From positions 1 through 12,080 of the forward strand of contig JBDHJS010000075.1 in assembly GCA_039586795.1 (NCBI GenBank): a stretch of 12,080 nt of DNA, read 5' to 3'. Positions 1-8,490 of the stretch are shown here, one piece after another. The stretch comes from Gemmatimonadota bacterium. GTDB taxonomy: Bacteria; Gemmatimonadota; Gemmatimonadetes; Palauibacterales; KS3-K002. A program made the position numbers and the translations under genes. The notes beneath the pieces were generated by a model. The model worked only from the letters and a program-made list of their open reading frames with translations. It had not been told where the DNA came from and ran no database searches. How positions within the stretch are numbered: position 1 is the stretch's first letter; every line of letters begins with the position of its first letter.

Positions 1-530
1 ACCCGCTCGGCATCATCGATGTCTACCGGCTGGTCAACGAGAGGATTCCCGAGGTACAGTTGGCGCTCGTCGGCAACGTGGCAGACGATGATCCGGAAGG
101 CGTGGAGTACTACAACCGCACCAGGAGGCACGCAGGCGACGATCCCGACATTCACGTGTTGAGCACCATGGATCGCCTGAGTAACGAGAGTTTGACCCAC
201 GCGCTAGAGGTCAACGCCTTTCAGAGCGGCAGCGATGTCGTGGTGCAGAAGTCAACACGCGAGGGATTCGGCCTCGTCGTCGCGGAAGCGATGTGGAAAG
301 GCACCCCTGTAGTCGGAGGTCGCGCCGGCGGCATTACTCACCAGATCGAAGACGGCAAAAACGGCTACCTCGTCTCCGATGTCGTGGAATGTGCGGACCG
401 AATCGTCAAGCTCTTGGAGAACCCAATCCTGTCGCAAGAACTCGGCACGAACGCCCGAGAAACGGTTCGTGATCGTTTCCTAACGCCACGGCATCTCGCG
501 GACTACCTGAGAGTATTCCGTTCATTCTAG
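1..530 (+). CDS. treT: TreT-like trehalose synthase / GT4 glycosyltransferase, C-terminal part (gene starts upstream of the window)
   Basis: The frame is open from base 3 (PLGIIDVYRLVNERIPEVQLALVGNVADDDPEG...), so the ORF-track start at 60 is internal. It carries TreT-type motifs DDPEG and EVNAFQ...VVVQKSTREGFGLVVAEAMWKGTPVVGG, including the GT4 E-x7-E motif. Stop TAG at 528-530. Confidence 0.8.
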   Translation, partial: PLGIIDVYRLVNERIPEVQLALVGNVADDDPEGVEYYNRTRRHAGDDPDIHVLSTMDRLSNESLTHALEVNAFQSGSDVVVQKSTREGFGLVVAEAMWKGTPVVGGRAGGITHQIEDGKNGYLVSDVVECADRIVKLLENPILSQELGTNARETVRDRFLTPRHLADYLRVFRSF

Positions 531-547
531 AGAGCCCGTGGCCTCAC

Positions 548-590
548 GCGGGTGCGGCGTACTCTTCCACGTCGCGCCCGCTTTCTTATT
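548..590 (+). terminator. Intrinsic terminator-like hairpin after treT
   Basis: GCGGGTGCGGCGT (548-560) pairs with ACGTCGCGCCCGC (569-581): 13-bp stem with two G-U pairs and an 8-nt loop, followed directly by TTTCTTATT (582-590). Confidence 0.65.
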
Positions 591-660
591 CGGAATCGTT
601 CTTCAAACACCTCACCATCGCTTTCCTAAACGACGATGAGCTTGTATTTTAGTGTTTAAG

Positions 661-2046
661 ATGTCCCGCACAGGAAGTGCCCTCATCGTAGTTGCCAACC
701 GACTTCCCGTCGTCAAAGTCCGGAAGAAGGGCGTCACGCGATGGCAGCCTAGCCCCGGCGGTCTCGTCTCGGCACTCACACCCATCGTTCAGAACACAAA
801 GGGAGCTTGGGTCGGTTGGTCGGGCCAGAGTGGGCCCGCCCCGAGACCGTTCGACACGGATGGTATCAAGAACATCCCTGTTTCCATCTCCAGGAGTTGC
901 CTGGGCGCGTTCTACGACGGCTTCTGCAACGGTACGTTATGGCCGTTGTACCATGGCTCGGTGCGCGAGCCCGAGTATCACCGCCGCTGGTGGCGCTCAT
1001 ACGTCGCCGTAAACAAACGTTTCGCCGCGGTAACCGCCGACACCGCGCCTTTCGGCGCCGCGATCTGGGTCCACGACTACCACCTACAGCTCGTGCCCGC
1101 CATGCTCCGTGAGCGCCGCCCCGACCTGCGCCTCGGCTTCTTCCTGCATATCCCTCTCCCGCCATCCGAACTATTTGGACGGCTCCCATGGCGCCGCCAC
1201 ATTCTCGAGGGGATGCTGGGTGCTGATGTCATCGGCTTCCAGACGCAGGAAGGCGCCCAGAACTTTACACGGCTGGCGCGGCAATACGCCGGCGCCCGCC
1301 CCGAGGATGGCCGAATTCGCGCTCACGACCGCCTGGTCGATGTGCTCGCATTCCCGATCTCTACCGATTTCAAACGGTACGAGACCGCTGCAAAGCAAGA
1401 GGCGGTACGCGTCCAATCCGACAGGATCAGGGAGCAACTCGGGCGTGGCCGCCAGATCACCCTGGGCGTTGACCGGCTCGACTATACCAAGGGCATCGAT
1501 ATACGCCTGCGAGCATTTCGTGAGCTGCTTGCCCGAGACGAGAGGGCAGCGCGAGAGTGCGTGCTCGTCCAGGTCGCCTCACCCAGCCGGGAACGAGTGG
1601 GGGAATACAAGCAGCTCCGCAAACGGGTAGAAGAACTGGTCGGACAGATCAACGGCGACTTCGGCGAAGTCGGGCTGGCGCCCGTTCATTACCTGCACCG
1701 TGAAGTACCGTTCGAGGACCTGATTCCGCTCTACCGGGCGGCCGACGTCATGCTCGTCACACCGCTGGCCGACGGGATGAACCTCGTGGCCAAAGAGTAC
1801 GTGGCTACGCGATACGACAACACGGGAGTACTCATCCTCAGCGAGTTCACCGGCGCCGCCCGCGAGCTACGCACCGCGTTACAGGTGAACCCTCACGATG
1901 TAGATGGGCTGGCGGAGATGATGCACCTTGCGCTGTCGCTACCGGAGCACGAAGCGGAACGCCGGATGAGGCGCATGCGAGAGGTCGTCAGCGGCCACAC
2001 GGTCTACGATTGGGCCGACTCCTTCACCTCCGTACTAATGAACTGA
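661..2046 (+). CDS. otsA: Trehalose-6-phosphate synthase (GT20), stand-alone with no fused phosphatase domain
   Basis: GT20 motifs [76 protein letters not shown] 661 is preferred; GTG 652 is an in-frame alternative. No clear SD before either. Confidence 0.9.
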   Translation: MSRTGSALIVVANRLPVVKVRKKGVTRWQPSPGGLVSALTPIVQNTKGAWVGWSGQSGPAPRPFDTDGIKNIPVSISRSCLGAFYDGFCNGTLWPLYHGSVREPEYHRRWWRSYVAVNKRFAAVTADTAPFGAAIWVHDYHLQLVPAMLRERRPDLRLGFFLHIPLPPSELFGRLPWRRHILEGMLGADVIGFQTQEGAQNFTRLARQYAGARPEDGRIRAHDRLVDVLAFPISTDFKRYETAAKQEAVRVQSDRIREQLGRGRQITLGVDRLDYTKGIDIRLRAFRELLARDERAARECVLVQVASPSRERVGEYKQLRKRVEELVGQINGDFGEVGLAPVHYLHREVPFEDLIPLYRAADVMLVTPLADGMNLVAKEYVATRYDNTGVLILSEFTGAARELRTALQVNPHDVDGLAEMMHLALSLPEHEAERRMRRMREVVSGHTVYDWADSFTSVLMN

Positions 2047-4457
2047 TCTCCCGTCACGTTCTTCGTACTCAAGTCGAACGTTTTCTGCTCGCCACGCTTA
2101 AACGTGTATATCTTTCCGTTGAAGCCGATCCGCGCATACGGCGCCCAGGTACCTTCGAACCGCACCGCAGCGCTGTCTTGCGTGATGTTCAAAGAGAACC
2201 AGTGACCTCGATACTGAATGCGCGAGCGAACACCCGAAAGCCCCTCTGGCAGGCACGGGTTCAGCCACAGTACGCCCTCGCGCAGAACGATACCGCTGTA
2301 GCAGCGTTGTACGAGATCCACGGTCCCGGCCATCGCGCCCAAATGGATGCCCTCGGCCGTCGTCCCGCCCTGCACATCCTTCAGGTCGCTCTGCACCGCT
2401 GCTTCAAACCAACGCCATGATCGCGAGCGATCCGAACGCGCTTGCACCCATGAGTTTATAATGGCGCTAAGTGTCGATCCGTGTGATGTTCGCCTCAGGT
2501 AGTAGTCGATGTTCTTTGGGATCCACTCAGGGTCAAACGGATAGCCCAGGTTTTCGAATAGCTGCGCCAGCCGCTCCGCCGAGAAGAGATAGAATAGCAT
2601 CAACACGTCGGCCTGCTTGCTCACCTTATAGCGGTTCGGCGAGTCACCCTCCGCTTCTAAGATCCGGTCAAGCCGGTGAATATCCCCGTACTTGGCTCGA
2701 TAACCTTCCCAGTCAAATTCGTCCAGCGCGCCATAGCCCTCGAACTGGTCGATGATGCCGTCGTCCTGTATCGGCACGAATAGTTTCTGACCTATTTCGT
2801 GCCAACTGTCCGTCTCCTGATCCGTAATCTGCAAATCCTGAAATATCTCCGTACGGCAATCGCAGTCCAGCAAGTCGATCACCTTGCCTGCCGTCTGAAG
2901 TACCCATGCGGCCATGACGTTCGTGTAGGCATTGTTGTTGAGGCCCGGGGCTTTCGCGTCTGGGTATGCTGTATGGTACTCGTCCGGTCCCACCACTCCG
3001 TTGATATCGTATCGTCCCCGCCCCGCGTTGAATGTTGCCGCGTTCGCCCAGAACCGGGCGACTTCGAGGATGATCCGCGAGCCATGATCGCAGATGAACT
3101 CCCGTCGACCTGTTGCCTCGTAATGGCGCCAAACGTTGAACGCTACCGCCGAATTTACGTGGCGCTGTAGATGGGTCTCGTCCCTCGTCCAACGCCCGGA
3201 GCGCGGATTAAGATGCATGACCTGAGTTTCCTCGCGACCGTCGCTGCCACTCTGCCATGGATACAACGCACCGCGGTAGCCCTCAGCGTTTGCTATGCGG
3301 CGCGCCTCCTCCAGTCGCCGATATCTGTACATCAACAGTCCGCGCGCGATATCTGGCATGCGCAGCTCGAGGAACGGAAATATGTACAGTTCATCCCAGA
3401 AGATGTGGCCTCGGTAGGCCTCGCCGTGAAGCCCGCGGGCCGGAACACCCACATCGAGCTCGGTCGTGTGCGGAGAAACGGTCTGTAGCAGGTGAAATAT
3501 GTGAACTCGCAAGGCTAACTGTTCATCCGGGGAACCCTCGAGTTCGATGTCACACCTGTACCAGATGCGGGACCAGGCGAGCGCGTGGGTCCGCACCAAC
3601 TCGAGAAAGGTCCCGGCGCGCTCAACCGCTCGTCGCGCCTCGTTACCGGGAGAACTGATCGCCCAATCGCGCGAAGTGTAGATAGAAACGATCTTTTCGA
3701 TGTGAACCGGCTCCTTCTCCCTGCAATCGAAATGCAGCACTTGCTCCACATATCCGATGTCCTGGCTGGCAGTGCGTTGAACGTCAACAAGCGCCGAGTC
3801 ACGGTAGACCCGGGTCCGTGCGGCTTGAGCCATCTCGATTCGCGACCGGATCGTTCGAACGCTCAAGTAGATGCTATCGTCGTAGGCCTGAGCCGTCTCC
3901 ACGTGCTCGAGATGCTGGCTGTTGAGTGCTCGGTATCGAGCTACGCCCCAGTTCTTGACCCGTCCATCCAAAGCCGACTTGAGTTCGATGCGTCCTGTCC
4001 AGTTCTCAGGCGTGATCGTGAACTGGATCGCAGCCAGATGCATGTTCGCCATGTGGACGAGGCGCCTGCTGCTCAGCGTCGTCTCGCGACCTTCTTCGTC
4101 ACGCACACGAACGGACCAGTCAAGGACGCCTCCTTTAAGATCAAGCACCTGACGGTAGTCGAGCACTTCGAACGAGCCGATGTCAAACCAACTGCCTCCC
4201 TCTAGTCGGAAGGTCATGTACGTCCAGTTCGGCCAATTGACGAGGTCTTCGTTCTCAATAGTCCGGCCCGCGACTTCACTTTCGAGGCGGTCGTATCCAC
4301 CCGCCAGGTACGTACCGGGGTAATGTGCGCCCCCTGTCTGAGTCAGGTGTGATGCGCCACGCGTCGCGACGTAGCCGTTGCCCAGCGTGCACAGCGCCTC
4401 ACGCAGTCCTTCCTGATGTGGGTCCCAACCTTCATAGATCAGTTTCCAACCGTTCAT
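2004..4457 (-). CDS. Glycoside hydrolase family 65 phosphorylase (trehalose / trehalose-6-phosphate / maltose phosphorylase-like)
   Basis: 817 aa with the GH65 N-terminal motif EALCTLGNGY, RGLHGEAYRGHIFWDE, catalytic-acid motif GPDEYH, NNAYTN, KQADV, HGSTLS and EGIHLGAMAG. The start overlaps the otsB stop (ATGA, 4454-4457). Confidence 0.9.
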   Translation of the reverse strand: MNGWKLIYEGWDPHQEGLREALCTLGNGYVATRGASHLTQTGGAHYPGTYLAGGYDRLESEVAGRTIENEDLVNWPNWTYMTFRLEGGSWFDIGSFEVLDYRQVLDLKGGVLDWSVRVRDEEGRETTLSSRRLVHMANMHLAAIQFTITPENWTGRIELKSALDGRVKNWGVARYRALNSQHLEHVETAQAYDDSIYLSVRTIRSRIEMAQAARTRVYRDSALVDVQRTASQDIGYVEQVLHFDCREKEPVHIEKIVSIYTSRDWAISSPGNEARRAVERAGTFLELVRTHALAWSRIWYRCDIELEGSPDEQLALRVHIFHLLQTVSPHTTELDVGVPARGLHGEAYRGHIFWDELYIFPFLELRMPDIARGLLMYRYRRLEEARRIANAEGYRGALYPWQSGSDGREETQVMHLNPRSGRWTRDETHLQRHVNSAVAFNVWRHYEATGRREFICDHGSRIILEVARFWANAATFNAGRGRYDINGVVGPDEYHTAYPDAKAPGLNNNAYTNVMAAWVLQTAGKVIDLLDCDCRTEIFQDLQITDQETDSWHEIGQKLFVPIQDDGIIDQFEGYGALDEFDWEGYRAKYGDIHRLDRILEAEGDSPNRYKVSKQADVLMLFYLFSAERLAQLFENLGYPFDPEWIPKNIDYYLRRTSHGSTLSAIINSWVQARSDRSRSWRWFEAAVQSDLKDVQGGTTAEGIHLGAMAGTVDLVQRCYSGIVLREGVLWLNPCLPEGLSGVRSRIQYRGHWFSLNITQDSAAVRFEGTWAPYARIGFNGKIYTFKRGEQKTFDLSTKNVTGDQFISTEVKESAQS

Positions 4458-5287
4458 GATTCTCGCACGCTCGCCAGGTCGATCAGCTCACCAATGAAGC
4501 TTTGAACCTCGGATGTATCCTTCAAACTGAAGCGCGCCATCGTCGGGTACGGCGGCTCACCCACGACGATGCCGACGCCCGAATCACGGACGGCCCGAAA
4601 CGCATCTTCATCGGTAACGTCGTCACCGATGTAGATCGGCACGACTTTGTCTCTCTCGAGGTCGAGAGCATTCAGCAACCAGAGCACCGCTCGCCCTTTG
4701 TCCCATTCGATGTCCGGACGTAGCTCGAGTACCTTCTTTCCTCCCGACAGGCGCAATCGTCCGTTTCCCGCCGCCACTTCCTCTACGGCCTTCCTCAAAG
4801 CCGGAACATCACCTTCCGCGACATTTCGATAGTGATTCGCGATAGCAAAGCGCTTGCGTTCAACCCGCGCTCCCGAGATCGCTTCGATTCGGTCTCGCAA
4901 CTGGCCTTCGGCGCGTTCGAGATCGGGCAAGTGCTCCACCCCACCCTCGTACTCCAGGCTCAGGTCATTTGGACCTCTGATGTCGAAGCCGTGGCTTCCG
5001 GCGAAGATCAGGCCCGGCAAATCCACCATCGGAAACACATCATCAAGGTCACGACCGCTGACGATGGCTACCGTGCACATGCGGGATAGATCATCGAGCA
5101 CTTGACGCATCTGCTCGGAAAGCAGCGCGTCCTCCGGCTGCGAAACGATCGGCGTCAATGTCCCATCGTAATCCAGAAACACGACCAGCTCAGAATCGGT
5201 CAGCCGCTCCGCTAACCACTCCAGTCCGTCGAACGCCGACGGCAACTCGCGAGCGTCACGACCCGTTAGCTCTTCAGCATTCGTCAT
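4454..5287 (-). CDS. otsB: Trehalose-6-phosphate phosphatase (HAD IIB)
   Basis: HAD motif I FLDYDGTLTPIV, motif II IVSGRD, AGSHG, GKKVLELRP, WDKGRA and motif IV IGDDVTDEDAF, all typical of T6P phosphatases. Confidence 0.92.
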   Translation of the reverse strand: MTNAEELTGRDARELPSAFDGLEWLAERLTDSELVVFLDYDGTLTPIVSQPEDALLSEQMRQVLDDLSRMCTVAIVSGRDLDDVFPMVDLPGLIFAGSHGFDIRGPNDLSLEYEGGVEHLPDLERAEGQLRDRIEAISGARVERKRFAIANHYRNVAEGDVPALRKAVEEVAAGNGRLRLSGGKKVLELRPDIEWDKGRAVLWLLNALDLERDKVVPIYIGDDVTDEDAFRAVRDSGVGIVVGEPPYPTMARFSLKDTSEVQSFIGELIDLASVRES

Positions 5288-6035
5288 CCCGGCTTCTCAA
5301 TTCCCGAAGATCGCTCACGACAACATCCGCGCCGTTCTCGAGCAGCACTTCGCGCGCGCCATCGCGGTCTACTCCCACAACCAATCCGAACCCACCCGCT
5401 CGTCCTGCCTGCACGCCCGAGACGGCGTCCTCGACTACCACAGATCGCGCTGCATCGACGCCGAGCAGTTCCGCCGCCCTCAGGAACATGTCCGGGTGAG
5501 GTTTACCGTTGAAGTTCAGGCGCTCGATATCGAGCCCATCTACCCGCACATCGAACAGCTCCTCGAGTCCCGCCGAGCGCAGAACCATGCCGCAGTTCTT
5601 GCTCGACGATACGATCGCTGTGGCCAGGCCCATCCCGCGCCACTCTCGGATACAATCCACCGTATCCTCGAACACTTGCACTCCACCCGCAGCCAGCAGC
5701 TCGTTGAAAACCTGGTTCTTACGGTTGCCAATCGCGCAGATCGTCTCAGATCCAGGCGGCTCGTTTGCCGTGCCTTCCGGTAGGCTGATCCCCCTCGATT
5801 CGAGAAACGAGCGGACTCCGGCGTAGCGCGGTTTGCCGTCCACATACACCGCGTAGTCAGTATCAATATCGAAGGGCTCAAATAAATCGCCGGCGGCCTG
5901 GCGGTGGAGGAACTCGTCGAAGATCAGCTTCCATGCCTGAGCATGAAGCCGGGCCGTACGTGTGACAACGCCGTCCAGATCGAAGATCACAGCATCGAAA
6001 CTAGCCGTGTTTACCGCACTACTGCTCGTCACCAC
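5274..6035 (-). CDS. Beta-phosphoglucomutase family HAD hydrolase (HAD IA)
   Basis: FDLDGVVT motif I, HAQAWK, YVDGKPRYAGVRSFL cap, SSSKN, GKPHPDMF, VVEDAVSGVQAG. Overlaps the otsB start by 14 nt. The exact start (GTG 6035 or 6032) is uncertain. Confidence 0.82.
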   Translation of the reverse strand: MVTSSSAVNTASFDAVIFDLDGVVTRTARLHAQAWKLIFDEFLHRQAAGDLFEPFDIDTDYAVYVDGKPRYAGVRSFLESRGISLPEGTANEPPGSETICAIGNRKNQVFNELLAAGGVQVFEDTVDCIREWRGMGLATAIVSSSKNCGMVLRSAGLEELFDVRVDGLDIERLNFNGKPHPDMFLRAAELLGVDAARSVVVEDAVSGVQAGRAGGFGLVVGVDRDGAREVLLENGADVVVSDLRELRSRDDEC

Positions 6036-6100
6036 TGTGCACCGTGGTTAGGGTGTACAGCGTATGTTGGCACCTCAGGAACTGTCAGACAAGGGCTTCT

Positions 6101-6877
6101 CTAGGTGCTGAACCGGTCGAGGGTAGCTCGTTCTTCAGCGGTCAAACTCCCGACACCGCTCGCCTTGATCTTTTCCAACACCCGCTCCACCTCCTCCCGA
6201 TTCACCGGATGCAGACTTTCACTATCGATTGCGCTCCAGCGCTTCAGGTCGGCCCCGTCACCTCCTGGCGTCCGCTTGGCCGGCTGGGTCATCTTCTTCT
6301 TGAACTGCTTGGCCGGCGATCGATAATCGAGCCACTTCAGGTAGAGAAACGCGCCTACGAAGCCACCCAGATGGGCAAAGTGCGCCGTGTTCCCCCCTCC
6401 CCTAATGCCCCCCCACAACGACAGGCCCGTCAGGAAGACAACGAGAACCCAGGCCTCGACGGGGAAGATGCCCCAGATGTGAATCCGCTGGCGCGGCCAG
6501 AACATAGCGAACGCCAACTCGACGCCGTACACGGCACCCGACGCGCCAACGATCCACGAGTAGTAATACATCGGCGCGAACGACAGTAACCCGCCGGTTA
6601 CTCCCGCGACGAGATACAGGGTGATGAAGTGCTTCCCACCCAGCCGATCCTCCACTCGCGGACCGAAGAAGAAGAGGATCAGCATGTTGAACAAGATGTG
6701 AGTGATGTTGGTGAGCGGGGCATGGACAAACATGTACGTGATGATCGTCCATGGCCGGGTCAGAAACAGCGCCGGCATGAAGGCCATCATGCCACGAGTG
6801 ACCGGCAAAGCCTCGTTAAAGAGGAAGACTATTATGTTGGCGATGATCAGTCGCCGAACCCAAGGTGTCATGTACAC
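6101..6877 (-). CDS. Rhomboid family intramembrane serine protease with a short C-terminal soluble domain (DUF6576-like)
   Basis: Several hydrophobic helices; PWTIITYMFVH, HILFNM, catalytic GASG serine and AHFAHLGG histidine; C-terminal EEVERVLEKIKASGVGSLTAEERATL. A GAGGGG SD-like site (6893-6888) lies 10 nt before GTG 6877; ATG 6871 is an alternative start. Confidence 0.9.
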   Translation of the reverse strand: MYMTPWVRRLIIANIIVFLFNEALPVTRGMMAFMPALFLTRPWTIITYMFVHAPLTNITHILFNMLILFFFGPRVEDRLGGKHFITLYLVAGVTGGLLSFAPMYYYSWIVGASGAVYGVELAFAMFWPRQRIHIWGIFPVEAWVLVVFLTGLSLWGGIRGGGNTAHFAHLGGFVGAFLYLKWLDYRSPAKQFKKKMTQPAKRTPGGDGADLKRWSAIDSESLHPVNREEVERVLEKIKASGVGSLTAEERATLDRFST

Positions 6878-6919
6878 GCCCGGCCAACCCCTCTATCACT
6901 CATACTGTTAACGCTTCGG

Positions 6920-7354
6920 CTAGCGATCGGCGACATCGACTAGCTCGATTTCGTAGATGAGAGTCTTGCCCGCCAATTCATGGTTCGCATCCACCGTGAC
7001 CTTGTCTCCGGACACATCGACGATCGTAACGTATGCGATCACACCTTTGCCCTTCGAGCTCGCCTCGAGGACCATCCCGACCTCGGGTTCGAGTTCATCC
7101 GGCAGGCCCGAACGATCGATCACTACCACCTTCTCTTCCTGCCGCTCGCCATACGCCTCGGCAGGCGCCACCGTGACGGTCTTCGTCTCTCCTACCGCCA
7201 TCCCGGTGACCGCCTTCTCGATCCCCGGGATCACGGCTCCTGCGCCCAGCTCGAACTCGAACGGGTCCCCTTCACGCGAAGTATCGAAGATCGTCCCGTC
7301 CTCCAGACTCCCCGTAAAATGCACCCGTACGCGGTCACCCTGTTTCACGCTCAC
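6920..7354 (-). CDS. FKBP-type peptidyl-prolyl cis-trans isomerase, SlyD/SlpA-like with insert-in-flap domain and no His-rich tail
   Basis: GDRVRVHFTGSLEDGTIFDTS, PFEFELGAGAVIPGIE, GETKTVTVAPAEAYG, VTVDANHELAGKTL; 144 aa. Confidence 0.9.
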   Translation of the reverse strand: MSVKQGDRVRVHFTGSLEDGTIFDTSREGDPFEFELGAGAVIPGIEKAVTGMAVGETKTVTVAPAEAYGERQEEKVVVIDRSGLPDELEPEVGMVLEASSKGKGVIAYVTIVDVSGDKVTVDANHELAGKTLIYEIELVDVADR

Positions 7355-7414
7355 TCACCGACCCCCGGCCAACGTTCATCGTCGTCACTGGTCGCACCGA
7401 ATCTACTCCCTACG

Positions 7415-8437
7415 TCAATGCCCAGCGAGCACCCGCTTCATTTCATCCGCAAATCGCCCGGGCTCTTCGAAGAACGGAAAGTGTGCCGATTCATCAAACC
7501 ATACGATCCGTTTGGCCGGCGCCTGCAGCCGCTCGTTGTAGACTTCTATCAACTCGAAGGGCGTAACATAGTCGTGCCGACCCGTGAAGAAATAGACTGG
7601 AACTTCGATTTGGGCTATCTCGTCGATTAGCGGACCGGACAAAGCGTTCAACTCCATATGTCGCGACGAGAAGCTAGAGCCCTTACCCACATTCATCGCG
7701 TCCCGCAGACTGTACTCCGGCGAGAAGAGCCCTGTGATCAGGAACGGCATCCAGCTGGTGTGGAGATAGAGCTCTCCGCCGAACTTGAACAGGTACTTCT
7801 CCCGCACCGCAGCCCCCAACTCCTGTAACTCGCGCAGCGCGTCCTCGTCTCCTCGCTGGCGCGCCTGCTCGGTCAGCCAGGCGTCGGCCAGAACGGCGGC
7901 TCGCTCTTCGTCTACGACCTGCCCAATCCCTATGTAAGCGTGCAAGAGATCCGGGTAGCGCGACGCGAAGATCATCCCCAAGTAGCTTCCCCATGAATGG
8001 CCCGCCAGATAGATCTTCTCCCCGCCATAGCGTTGGCGGAGCAGCAGCACCAGCTCATGGGCATCCGATAGGAACTGCTCCACGTTCATGGTTTCGATCG
8101 GCGGTGGCGGGTCGTACGACTTCCCCGCCCCTCGCTGATCCCAATGCACGACCAGGAAGTCCCGCTCCAACTCCCGCCCGAACACGTGCGCCAGGTACAT
8201 CATCGGCATGCCCGGCCCCCCATGAAGGAACAGCAAGATCGGATTGGATGGGCTATGCCCCCGCACCAGTATGTACTGGTCCCACCCCCCGAGCCGCACC
8301 TCCTCCAGCGATGCCACACTGCCCTCAACCGCGTCACCATTCCGATCGACCACAGGCGGCGTCCTGACGCGATTGCAGTACGCGCCCAACGCGACCGCAG
8401 CGAAGACAATCACAACCGCTATCGCCAGTTTCCTCAT
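7415..8437 (-). CDS. Exported or membrane-anchored alpha/beta hydrolase (proline iminopeptidase S33-like)
   Basis: N-terminal MRK plus a hydrophobic stretch; LFLHGGPG oxyanion motif, WDQRGAGKS, nucleophile GHSWG, GRHDYVTP acid and SAHFPF histidine. A GAGGG SD lies 6 nt upstream of ATG 8437. Confidence 0.85.
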   Translation of the reverse strand: MRKLAIAVVIVFAAVALGAYCNRVRTPPVVDRNGDAVEGSVASLEEVRLGGWDQYILVRGHSPSNPILLFLHGGPGMPMMYLAHVFGRELERDFLVVHWDQRGAGKSYDPPPPIETMNVEQFLSDAHELVLLLRQRYGGEKIYLAGHSWGSYLGMIFASRYPDLLHAYIGIGQVVDEERAAVLADAWLTEQARQRGDEDALRELQELGAAVREKYLFKFGGELYLHTSWMPFLITGLFSPEYSLRDAMNVGKGSSFSSRHMELNALSGPLIDEIAQIEVPVYFFTGRHDYVTPFELIEVYNERLQAPAKRIVWFDESAHFPFFEEPGRFADEMKRVLAGH

Positions 8438-8440
8438 CTT

Positions 8441-8490
8441 CTACCCTCTATCTACTAACCACCCACCACCTATCACCTACCACATACCAC
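8441..8490. repeat. Degenerate heptamer tandem repeat, consensus CTACCAC (+) / GTGGTAG (-)
   Basis: Units TAACCAC 8456, CCACCAC 8463, CTATCAC 8470, CTACCAC 8477, ATACCAC 8484, plus decayed CTACCCT and CTATCTA at 8441-8454. Confidence 0.75.

Noticed and set aside
661..2046. GT20 protein as glucosylglycerol-phosphate synthase (GgpS)
   Set aside because: Not formally excluded from sequence alone, but neighbouring otsB, treT and GH65 and the absence of glycerol-3-phosphate genes in the window favour OtsA.
3585..4205. 206-aa + strand ORF, and similar overlapping ORFs such as 1109-1630, 6044-6589, 6957-7541 and 6980-7630
   Set aside because: They lie largely or wholly within well-supported genes in other frames or strands and show no family motifs.
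6036..6100. Possible sigma70 promoter for the HAD-otsB-GH65 operon (CTGACA-18 nt-TACGCT on - strand)
   Set aside because: Match is too weak to separate from chance; read-through from the rhomboid gene is equally possible.
7355..7414. SD-like AGGGAG plus GTG on the - strand opening a ~20-codon ORF that overlaps the FKBP start
   Set aside because: Out of frame with FKBP, which is complete from GTG 7354; no other support.
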